Assembly: GCA_024704765.1 (NCBI GenBank)
Contig: JAKMXF010000111.1
Span: 1,318,619-1,382,618, forward strand
DNA: 64,000 nucleotides
Direction: 5' to 3'
Source of the DNA: Oopsacas minuta
Lineage: Eukaryota; Animalia; Porifera
The stretch's first letter is position 1. Each line of letters opens with the position of its first letter. Shown piece after piece: positions 29,370-41,000 of the stretch. The position numbers were made by a program, and so were the translations under genes. Under the pieces are notes generated by a model. The model worked only from the letters and a program-made list of their open reading frames with translations. It was not told the origin of the DNA and did no database searches.

Positions 29370-29920
29370 CTTCATTATTAGAATTATCCCGGGGTACTTT
29401 AACTACAGGGGGACCATCCATGGCGCAATCTACAGGGCTGTAGGGGCAAGTCCGGCGGCTCACCGCACCGATAATTATTTGCTGCCGACGTCCCTGATAT
29501 ATGGTTCGGCCGGACCGGCTTTGAGGCACCAAATATGGCATGACAGGAGAAGCATTTTTCTTGAATTACTTAATGAACAGGCGTTCATTGCTGTTAATGT
29601 GTGTATCAGGGGGCTAACGAATGAATTAATACATCTCGCATAATATCAAATCATCATCACCAGCGAATGAACTAATTCTCGAACTATTCGCATGCGAGTG
29701 TGCACCTATCCGCTACTCGCATGCGAATAACCATATCGCATACAATAGTCACCTCGCATGCGAATAGTCGCATACTCGCACTACCAACGTGAAAGTCAAA
29801 ACAAATACTTGGCAATCGTCAGATGCAATTTTCTGTGATTAACAAGGCCAAAATGTGCAACAAACAACAAATTTGAAATTTCTTCAAAACTTGTCAGTTC
29901 CGTTCCGTAAATTAGGGAAG
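29370..29920. repeat. Dispersed repeat, copy B, with an embedded palindrome cluster
   Basis: Homologous to 18400-18840. Palindrome TCGCATGCGA at 29688, 29717 and 29754, typical of subterminal repeats of DNA-transposon derivatives. Confidence 0.55.
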
Positions 29921-30232
29921 CCCGATTTGTAACCATATGCATTCCTAACAGGTAATATAATTTCCTATTATTCAAATCCCTAATAGATAATGTTCGGAGA
30001 AACAATATTCACAGGGAACACTAATCGCTTGTGACACCGGTTAACCGCCCTTATTGAAACAAGTTTACCGTCCCGTTAATTAATTCGGTTAACTAACCGA
30101 CCCCTGGTTCAGGTTTTGCACGAATATAGTAAGTGAGGCTTAGCAAATAAATTTGGCGGTGTCCGCTTCCCCCTCTGTTGGGGAGGATGTTTTATATTGT
30201 ACTACAATACTAGCTAAATTATTTATCTATTT

Positions 30233-30703
30233 ATGGCTCACAAATGTGGTACCATTGTAAAGACAGCAACTAGCCTTTGGTTCCAGAAGACAATAACACT
30301 GGCACCTAAAAAACGCGGTATACATGTCATTACTGACGAAATTACTCAAATTCCAGAAATCAAAAACTTTTCAATTGGAATCGCTCATATTATGATCAAA
30401 CATACTTCTGCTAGTTTATCACTGAATGAGTGCTGGGATAGTGATGTTAAGAAAGATATGGAAACCATACTGAATCGTATTGTCCCAGAAAATGCGGTTT
30501 ACGAGCACACGATTGAGGGACCTGATGATATGCCAGCACATGGTAAGACGAGCTTGATGGGAGCTAGTGTAACCATACCGATAACTGACGGAGCTTTAAA
30601 TTTGGGCACTTGGCAGGGAATTTGGTTGAATGAGCATCGTAACCACGCTGGTAGTAGGAACTTAGTTGTCACTTTACAAGGAGTTGGAAGGGAAATAATT
30701 TGA
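30233..30703 (+). CDS. yjbQ: UPF0047 / YjbQ family protein, intronless
   Basis: 156 aa. HTSASL.LNE..D.DV..D, YEHT.EGPDDMPAH.K.SL.G.S..IP...G.L.LGTWQGI.L.EHR. Confidence 0.9.
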   Translation: MAHKCGTIVKTATSLWFQKTITLAPKKRGIHVITDEITQIPEIKNFSIGIAHIMIKHTSASLSLNECWDSDVKKDMETILNRIVPENAVYEHTIEGPDDMPAHGKTSLMGASVTIPITDGALNLGTWQGIWLNEHRNHAGSRNLVVTLQGVGREII

Positions 30704-31205
30704 TTATTTCATTTTTGTATTGATTATAAATAATTAAATAATTATTCGATGTTTTCTTAAATAACTTTATTATTACTCTACTGGCTGTTCATTCGTTATC
30801 ATCGCTGCCTGATTTCAATGGACGATGTGCTAGAGCATAACTGCTGATCCACTCAATGGTAAATACTGTCACATACTAAATGATCCCTATAGGAGCTGGA
30901 CACATAGGACACTGTGAGATCTAACCATTCTCGGCTTTTGTCGTTCTGTCTTGCCCCTTCGAGCCTCCATAATTCAGTGTTAGCCTACAAAGATAATTTA
31001 CATTGACAATCTTCGAACTGGAATTTGGGAATTGGGATTCAATACCCCTAACTAGCTCTATTTAGACTTTTCACAATTTGATACGCTCAAACTGAACAGT
31101 TGTACCGATTTTATCACTGTGTGTGGTATTCTATCATGATTACTTAAATCAGATATTTCCATATTTCAATTACTTATTCATTTAGAATAATTCATTAATT
31201 AGTTG

Positions 31206-32147
31206 ATGTACGGTAATATTGCTCCAATCTTGTCAGGTCTCGTGACCCTTGTCGCGATGCTGGCTTTGATCGCCGCCGCAGCTTCGGAACATTGGTTTTT
31301 AGTACATGTGTGTGACCCTTATGACTTCACCTTGTCGAGTATAACTCCAGGGTCTTCCAATCCCTCCTGTACTCCGGATGAGACAGAGATCGAGACCCCT
31401 ACCTACCCACATACCAACAGCCTGTGTGGAATGACAGAGAGACATGCTGGGTTCATTAGAATCGGATTATTCTCCGGATATTCTAACTTTGACCCTGCTG
31501 TCCTCGGATTTCGCAAGGAGTCGTTCCTCCTATGGAACTACTTCCAGCCTTACTCTACTCAGTCTGCTAATAGAGACTTCATACGTCGAAACATGTTTTT
31601 TGGTGGAATATTCTCCTTGCTAGTAATCTCCATCCTGCTCTGCCTACCAGCTATTTTCTTCTCGGTCCTGAATTCCTATCAGGTTGTCACCACCTGGTGG
31701 AGAGGTCCAGCTTCTATTTATATCCTCAACTTGGTAGTCTCATTCTTCGGTCTTTTGGCATTTGGACTAGCTATTGATTTGTATTACGAGGATCTACGCT
31801 ATGCTAATATCGTGGATTATAACATCAATATATACACAAAGACATTTCCTTATGCCAGTTTCTATTGTAACATCGTTGGAGCTCTACTGCCATTTGTTTC
31901 AGTTGGTTTGGCTAGATTTGAAGCGTGGCGAGAGAGACAGAAAAAAACAACTGAGAAGATTCCCATCGCACTCGCTCCTCCTCCCATGATGCCAGTCCCG
32001 ATGCCCCTCTTACCTCCAGAGTCAGACCTGATGCTAGAACCTCCCGAGATGCCCCCAGAGTTCGACACCCAAGAGCTTACCATCCCCATGAAGCAGTCTG
32101 AGGCTAGTCTCTTTGGTTCTGAAGTGGACGATGAAATGCATTTTTAG
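31206..32147 (+). CDS. Four-TM PMP22/claudin-superfamily protein, clarin-like, with a Pro-rich tail; intronless
   Basis: TM1 followed by SEHWF; loop motif IGLFSG; TM2-TM3 linker LN......W.GP.SIY.LN resembling clarin (YN....P.ET..GP.GLY); TM4; tail PPPMMPVPMPLLPP. ATG at 31206 (the track start is TTG). Confidence 0.6.
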   Translation: MYGNIAPILSGLVTLVAMLALIAAAASEHWFLVHVCDPYDFTLSSITPGSSNPSCTPDETEIETPTYPHTNSLCGMTERHAGFIRIGLFSGYSNFDPAVLGFRKESFLLWNYFQPYSTQSANRDFIRRNMFFGGIFSLLVISILLCLPAIFFSVLNSYQVVTTWWRGPASIYILNLVVSFFGLLAFGLAIDLYYEDLRYANIVDYNINIYTKTFPYASFYCNIVGALLPFVSVGLARFEAWRERQKKTTEKIPIALAPPPMMPVPMPLLPPESDLMLEPPEMPPEFDTQELTIPMKQSEASLFGSEVDDEMHF

Positions 32148-32707
32148 GCCTTACTGACTGATTAGACATAAGTCTCTTATTTCTATTATTAGTACTCAAC
32201 CTTACTCACTTATACTTTATTTTTATAATTTATACTTATTTATTATATTCTTGTTTTATGAATAATTAAACATTTTATCTTATTCTAGCATCTGGGTATA
32301 TTTAATCCTTCTTCTATTCGCATATTAGGAGGGGTCTGACTAAATTACAACTTTATCAGGAATTAAGTAACGTTCTTGCATTTCTCCCTCAAATTTTGTG
32401 TTTCCCCCTCAGAATCCTTTATGCCTCCTTCATCTTAATTTTGGATATTTCAGAGATTATTATCTTATGAATTCCTTTCAGGTGCATAACTGACATTGAG
32501 GGATAGGAGGACATTGTCACTCACTTTTCGCCATTTGCCTCATGACCTCATCTCCCCAATATAATGAAATCAGGATTTTAACGAGGCAACTATTTATCCT
32601 TGCCTCTCGTTCCGAGATTCCTTATATATGTCAGTATGTCACTTGACTGTAAATCTCATTATTCACAACAAAGTTTATTAATAAATTACTCCAATTCACA
32701 TCTAGCA

Positions 32708-34899
32708 ATGCTAGGATTACCTCGAATCACTACAAGCTATATATTTACAATCCCAAACAAACCGAACAGAATCCCTACCTCCATATTTAGAAAATGTTGT
32801 AGACCAAAATTTAACGCTGTAACCAAGAGAACACTAGCAACAATCAAACCATCTCCAATCAATATTCCAAAGAGCTCTAATCGAGGCGGTATGTCTACAG
32901 GTGCTAAAGGAATGTCTGCAGTAGCAGTGTTAGGAGCGATAGGAATGGGAGGGTATTATCTTTATACAAAGGATGATAAAGATAGGTTTAATAATATTTG
33001 GAATAAATTAAATTCTTTGATATCTAAAGTTAACGTTGTGGAAGATAATAATAAATTAAGCGTTAATATTCCTAAAACAAAGGAAGAGACACCAAGTACA
33101 CAAATTAAAGTTGTAAAATCTGATAAGATTAAAGTAAAGGAAAATACCGAAAAACCAACACATTTGTCACAGGTATTGTATTTTGGCTAATTATAATTAT
33201 CCGCTTGTTTAATTGCGGAAATAGGAAAATATGTTACTCTTAGTTTATATTATTTCTCTTCAAGGACAGAAGAAAAGAGAATGATACTACAGATTTAACG
33301 GGGGTGATTGATAAACAATCACCTCCCTCCGTATTGGGAGATAAAGAACCTGAGAAAATACCTGAACTAGACAAAGAAAAGGCTGTAGAGTTAGTAGCAA
33401 TAGAAAATAAGAAAGTAGCAGAACAGGAAATAGAACAGGTTATACCAACTGTGAAAGAAGATACTATTAAAACCACCCAAGAACCTTATGATACTAGCAG
33501 TCTGTTGGGGAAGATACCCGAAATATCTAAGCAAGCACGTGCAGCAGCTAAGCCTGAGGAGACAGCTGATTCTGAATATCCTTTTGTTCAGAAAAATATT
33601 GAAAAAGATTCCACAAACATTGAAAAACTCAAGTCTAAAGCTCTCACTTCTTTTCAGCATTTCAAAGATGGAAAAGATAAACTAATTGGGAATATTCAAT
33701 CTCAAACATTGGAGAGACAGAGACTCCTAGAAAACCCAGATAATTCCTTAAGTAAGGAGTCATTAGAATCTCTAGAATCTGTACAGTCTGAATTACAGAC
33801 AGATTACAACACAGCTAAGTTATATGCATTAAATGTTATGAAAGAACTTAGAGAGATTGAGGATGGAACAGCTGCTGAGTATGAGAATAAAATATCATCA
33901 GTTGATCTCATGCTCTCTAATCAGCTGATGAAACTAAAATCAGATAATCTAGTCTCTACAGAGAGTTCTGATAGCTTGAAAATACTAAAGTTAACTGCAG
34001 AGATAGAATCTCTTAGGAACAAACTCTCCCAAATGAAAATAGAGAGTTTAGAAAAGCAGGATGAGGTTGAGAAGAGGTATAATGAATCCCTAAATTCATT
34101 GGAGGGTGAGACTAAGAAACTAATGTATCAACTGATAGAAACACACCATGACCACATGGCTACACATCTTACAGAGCACACGGATGATCTTAACAAACAT
34201 TGGGAGAAGTTTATAGAGGAATGGACAATCGCAGAATCTCAGAAATACCAGAAAGAGAAATCTATAATTCTATCTCGGTTGAAAGGTATTTCTGCTGGTA
34301 TTGATAGATCTGAGGAGTTTGTTACAGAAATGAAACAATTCCATTTAGTACTAAGCTTAGTCAATGAGCTCAGAGAGTTTATTGATAAAAAAGAACATTC
34401 TAATCCTCATAAAATATTCGTAAAGCAGAGAATAGACAAACTATGTGAACACCTGCACGGACAACCTGATCTAATAGCACTATTGAGACAGATACCATCA
34501 GGAGTGTTAGCACATGGCCTCGTTTCCAGGCCATGCATATTGGAAAGATTCAGAGGCATAGAACGATCATGCTCACGTCTGGCTTATGTGGATGATGAGG
34601 AGAAATTGTTTTCTTATGTCAAAAGCTATTTCAGATCTCTTGTAACTCTGACTAGAGATTCTAGTGTGGATAACCTACAGTCCGTGCAATCTAACTCAGC
34701 AATGATTAGGTCTGCATACGCGTGTGTTCAGAAAGGAGACTTATATACTGCTACTGTGCTCATGAATAATCTCAGAGGAGCTGCTAGGAGTGAGGCGTCT
34801 AACTGGGTTAGAGACACGGTCTCTTATTTGGAGACCGAGCAGGTCATATGTATACTCTACTGGCATTTAGTTGCTAGTATTGTGGCGGCTACTAAATGA
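32708..34899 (+). CDS. IMMT: MICOS subunit MIC60 / mitofilin, 2 exons (~699 aa)
   Basis: Exon 1 32708-33172 (basic presequence plus a TM ending GGYYLY); 92-bp intron CAG|GTATTG..TTCAAG|; exon 2 33265-34899 in frame, coiled coil and C-terminal mitofilin domain (GDLYTA...NNLRGAARSEASNWV). Confidence 0.85.
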
Positions 34900-35032
34900 C
34901 GTCACTAATTGTTTATATTATGAGTTTATAAGCAATAATACTTCGATCAATTGTATAATACAATTTATATAAACACATACTTGATAAGACAGGTATTTAT
35001 TCTTCAGCTCTATAGTTAGTATTTCCGTGATA

Positions 35033-38000
35033 ATGCCTATTAAGAGAAAGCCTGGAGGAGGGCGTAAACCCAAAGTGAAACTCCTACCAGCTCAGGTGCT
35101 GCCGATTGGACAGCTGCTGACTGACCTTACCAAGAGGGGCTGGAGCTTGGGAGCAAAGGTGGGGATGGGAGGGTGTGGAGAGATATTCTTAGCAGGTAAT
35201 AAAAACAAATCAGTTTTAGGGATATATATATATATATTATTATTATATATTTAATCTCGTTTCTAGCTCCTTCAGGGAAACCTATTACTCCAGATCAAGC
35301 CTCTCATGTTATTAAAATTGTAAGACTTAACTAAACCAGAGTTGCACACGGGCTTCGGGCCGGCCAGGAAATACTCCCATTGTGATCAGCATTAAGCTGC
35401 TTAGCACAATTCCGCAGTCTCAAGATACTGTTTTGAATCGTCACCAGTTACCAATTGAGAATACTTAGGAGTAAATCGAACCATAGTTTCCCTGGGAAAT
35501 TTTGTTTGCGGGCTTTTTGCGGGTCGATTAATTCAATCGCGGACCGCGGTTGTAAATTTCGGCCCACGTGCAACTGAGCTGAACTGATTTAAGTTTCATA
35601 CTTATCTGCATAAGAATGCAACAACATTATTTCTCATAGGAACCTCATGCTAATGGTCCTCTCTTCTCTGAGCTCGCTTTCTATCACCGAGCTGCCAAAG
35701 CAGAAATGAGTTAGTTATATTACGAAATTTTATAATCAACTACAGTCCATTCTCTCTGATCCGAACAGCACTGTTCCAATTGCAAAATAAAATTTTCAGA
35801 TTAGTGAAATGCATTAAAATACGGATATGGACGAATGGCTACATATTGTACGATGAGTAAATTCTAGTACTACATGAAAATCATTCATGAACAATTCTGA
35901 TAATTACCTACTGGTTTAAAGTGATATGTGTATATATATAATCTACTGAATTTGATTATAAGTAAGCCAGAATAACATAAACAAGTAAGATACAACATCA
36001 TAGTGAGTGTATCCTATGATTATCTCTTGATTCGTCCCTAAACTTAATCTGTGTGCAATCCCTTGGAGGAATTCCATTGGCGATCGGTGAAGGTAACTAA
36101 GAACAAGATGGTCCGTCTTCATTAGCCGAATTCTTTGTTCGTTTAGTGGCTTAGCACTGTTAAAAATTTAGCTTGCTTTACCTCAACCATTCCTTGTCTC
36201 GTCTGATTACGTTAATCCATTTCCATATAGTAGGATGTGGTAACCAATGGTAGCATTATAGGCTCTGTGGCATGTTCTACAGCATTGGCTATACGAGGCA
36301 TCGTGATCTCAATGGGAAATAGAGGTGCATGTATTGTATATACTTGAGCAAAAAAGTTGAGGTGCTGTTTTGAAAGCTCCATCTGCTAGCCAAATATTGG
36401 ATGTTGTTAGCAGGTCACAGTTTTTCTGGGTCCCAAATATTAGAAATCTTGTTAGTTCAGGTCTGGAACCATATAATAGAAAGTTTTCCTCTTTAGCGGT
36501 TATCATGAACTCCTGAGGAATGGTAAGATCATGAAGACTTTCTGTTTGAACAGGAGCTATATCTAGTACCTGCCTTTCTCTACGAATGGTACGCTTCATA
36601 CTATCAAGTTTTGGTAGTTTTACAGCCGTTGAAGCAATAATTATTTCTAATTCGTCTCCAAGAATGTGATGTTTTGTGTTTGACGAGCTTTACGTTCCAT
36701 TCTATCCTTATTTGTATTGACAGCCAATATGTCTGGACTATGAAGGTGCTCTCAGCTACGAATTACAATTTCATTAATTTTAGTATGGAGCCTTGCTTTA
36801 CATAGTCTGGTTTTCTCGCATTACCAGTGTGTAACATATAACTCTCTGTTTATTATAGATGGAAGGCGGTTTCATGCTTCAGCCAATTATTATATGTTTA
36901 TGGTCTGTATACACAGAAATCAACTCATCACTAAATTTCAGATTGTACCATAGACCAAGGATGGAGTTGGTTAACCGATTTATGGTAACGGTTAACATTG
37001 GCTATCTATCAGCGGTTAACTAGTTAACCGACGTTACCATTGGTCAATAAAACAGAAGATTTCAATTGAAACACTTGTATAATTGGCATTTATATCAACT
37101 TATATCAATCTCAAAATAGGATTTTTCTATTTTTAAACTAAGAAAGATGCTTGTTCGATAGAATTAGGAGAAGAAATATATATTCATGAAATAATTGTAC
37201 TTTTTCCAGGGCTGGACACTTATATCATCATTTTTCACCAATCAATATCCCAGAAATGCAAAATATCCTAAATAGCCAATCCCAAAATTTAATAGCAGTT
37301 AGCTGATAATGACGGCGGTTAACGGAATCCAGCCCTGCATATACATTGAATGTTATGTATCTCTTATTCTTATTCTATAATATATTTCAATTGTATAGTT
37401 AAGAATTGGCAGCTTAGATATAAAGAAGCTACTTATGTGGGAGTACCTGCTTATATAGCAGAGGGATGGCATGAACTGAATGGGGATAGATGGAGGTTTA
37501 TGGTGATGGAGAGGTTTGGAGAAGATCTGGAGATGATATTCACTAAGCATGGAAGAATTTTCTCTCTACCTACAGTTTGTACTGTGGCCATTAGTCTGGT
37601 TAGATTAATTATTGGTTTATTTTAAATAGTAGATATCTTTAATACCTACGAAGAGGTCAAAGGGAGATGGTTTATTGACTGTCCGACCACGTAAATCTAG
37701 CTATCCGATTAACATGAAATTTGCGAATATGTATGTATACATCTGCTGTCTGATTTGTATCTGGAGACTATATTTCAGCCAATATAAATGATAGATGGCT
37801 GAAATTTGAATCACAGGTACCCCACAATATGCCAAATGTCATGACGTCATCATTACTATACAAAAATTTCGAGAAGTTTTAGAATTTCTTAATACACGAG
37901 GTACGAAGTGCCGAGATTACTAACCAAAAGCAACGCAAGTGCTCCAGTATTACCACAGAAGGCTATTAAATGGAATTTGGATGTGCTATGGATAATAAAA

Positions 38001-41000
38001 AAATTAACCTCGAGGCACGTAGTGCCGAAATATCCCGTCTCATAGCGACCCAAAAGCACTAAAAATGTAGCTGTTTCATACTTATGATAAAACGTGCGAC
38101 ACAGCTCAAGGATGCTTCCGCCCGTCGCGCAGCGACCTAGCAAGAGAAGCGCCTAGTACTTAATTATATTCAATTATAGTTAAACAGTTTGGAATATCTT
38201 CACAACAACGAATATGTACATGCTGATATCAAGGGTGCTAACCTACTCGTTGGAAGAACTAAGTCTAAGAGACATGAGGTAGGCCAATTTGATCACAATT
38301 TTATTCACCTCTATACACAAATACCTTACTTGATTATAATTAATTACTACAGGTGTATTTGGTTGACTACGGACTGGCGTATAGATATTTAGCTGATGGA
38401 AAGCATAGAGAGTATCAAGAAGATCCCAGATGTGCTCATGACGGTACCATTGAGTTTACAAGTAGAGATGCACATAAAGGAGTTCGTAAGTCTTACTTTT
38501 GTTCATATGTATTGTATAATTGTATATTTATCTCTACACATATAGTGAGGAGCCCTGGAATATTCCACTCCCAAGAAATTCTTCCGTACTGTAATTATTA
38601 TCAGCAGTTTCATTTCACATCCACTGTACCGCTGTATGTACGTATGTATTGTAAGGTACTTGATGCCCTCATAAAATGATATTAATTCACTAGCGTATAC
38701 AAAGCTGCGCCATGTAATGCCCCGGTGGTGCTAGTGCACTTCACTAGATGTGCTCCAGTAGTCCACCAAGGCTGGCTACGTCATTGTATTGACTTTAATT
38801 TAAGGAAATCCTGGGGAAATGAATTGTTTGGTAGAATTTGGATTTTTTCGAAGAGAACAAGAAACTTCTAACTCAGCGAACCCTGACGTTTATCCTCTTG
38901 ATCTTAGTAAATTCTGGGACTAGGCCACTAGGAGATGCTAAATTCGGAATAAATATTTGCTTAATTAGTCAATAGATTTATGTAATTTACCAGCGATTAT
39001 TATCATAATTGTTTCACAGAAGTCTCTGAACAATCAGCACATTCCAAAGTTTATACTTTGGGCGGGAACAGCTCCAGCAACCGTCACGCAGTGGTTGAAT
39101 TGCTTTAGATGGTCTGTGACTCAAAAAATAGAGAAACGACACTAGTATCTTTATTTTAAATTCTCCGGTTAATTGTGAACCCTGCTTAATGGGACAAATT
39201 GCCTTGAACCGATTTGGCTCCATTAAGCCGAGTTGACTGTGGTTGTGTTTTGGTACACATACTTAATTGCTGAGGTTTAACGCATCATTCCGGGCCAAAA
39301 CATTGTTATAGCACCCAAGGAATTTGCTGAAGCTTGTGCTTGACCCTTAAATTATAATTATATAATTGTAAATTATGAGATGAAAAAGGTTATTTGGAAT
39401 ATACATATATAGGTAGTAACATTCGCCTAGATACGCAAGCATGATAAGGGCATGCAAATATATCTACGTTTACAAAACCATATACCATACCAGTAATTAT
39501 AATTACCACAAAGGTCTGAATACGAGAGGCAGATTGTCAGAAGGTGACAATATTACTTTCACAGTGATATCTATATCATAGCCATCTTGAAGAGATACTT
39601 GAAATTTCTTAAGTAGCTTTGCTGTAATGATCTTTATCTCAGACATGGCGAAATTCTGTCCAATACAATTCCTAGAACCAGCAGAAAATGGAATGAATGC
39701 ATACGGATGATGTTTCTCTATATTTTCACCATTGAATCTTGATGGGTCAAATTTATCGGGATCAGGCCAGTGTTTAGCATTTTTGTGGATCAGGGAAGGT
39801 GAGATATCTAAGCTCACATTAGCAGGAATCTTATGACCATCAATTGTAAATGGTTTGTTTAGCATTTTCGAAATAAACATTACTGGAGGATAGAGTCTCA
39901 TCGTCTCTTTTATGAAACAAGTTAGATAAGTAAATTTAGCGATATCTTTCCATTCTATCTCATCTCTTCCTCCCATCACACTTAATACTTCTTCTCTACA
40001 CTTCTCTTGTAGTTCTGGGTATTTAGCTAGGTGGTAGAACACGAATGAACTTGCTGCTCCAGTCGTATCGTGACCAGCAAATACAAACGTATTGAGTTCA
40101 TCAATGATTTCTTTTTGAGTTAAACCGTTCCCTTCCTCATCTCGTGACCTCGTGAGAAGATCCAGCATATCGTAGTCTGATTTATCTGATTCTTCTCTGG
40201 GGTTCTCTTCTCTCTCTTGAATGAGTGACACGATATACTGTTTGGTCATTTTAGCTCCTCTAGCGAATTCTTTTCCCACATTTTTTCTGTAAAATATAAT
40301 GTCAAACATGCTAAAAAATGAACTAAATCTTTCCTCCATTCCTTGTCTGATCTTCTCTAGTCCCTCAACATACGTCATCTCCCTGCTGTTTGTATCTATA
40401 TTGAGCTGTAGATCTGAACCTTTAGAGCATATACAATTGAGGATAACTTCTAGTGTCATGTTATGGATAAGTGGAACAAACTCTATTGGATCTTTCCCAT
40501 TGCTATCTCGATTGATGACTTCTATCATCCTATCACTGGACTTATTCATTATCTTGACGAAGTTTATTAAACTTTGATAATAGAATGTCGGAGTTAATAA
40601 TTTCCTGTTCCTCTTCCAAATTGCTCCTTCACTGAAAACCAATCCATTTCCCAACCAGGGTGTCACCATGTAAACAAATGTTTTATCCTTTGATTCTACC
40701 TGATTGAATATCTGCTGTGCTACCTCTGGTCCTGTTACCATAATACTGAAAATTGAACCATATATCATTCTACCAAATCTGGGATAATCCTTTATTGTGT
40801 TTTCCAATTTTGCGAGATATTTTCTATCAATTCTTGCGACTTTCATTCCGAAAATCGGATGATCTAGTTTAGGTCCTGGTAGCCTCCATCTTATATAACT
40901 ATATCGTGTCACGAAGCGGAATAACTTGGCGAGTAAGTATAACCCGTAACTCAGAAGTAGAATCCAGCACAGTGAGTACAAGCTTGTCTGATCATATAAA

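Noticed and set aside
29688-29763. Three TCGCATGCGA palindromes considered as a CRISPR-like array
   Set aside because: Repeats are 10 bp with uneven spacing, in a eukaryotic context with no cas genes; best explained as transposon subterminal repeats.
30233-30703. Horizontal transfer of bacterial-type yjbQ
   Set aside because: UPF0047 occurs widely in eukaryotes, composition matches neighbouring genes, and lack of introns is common in this window.
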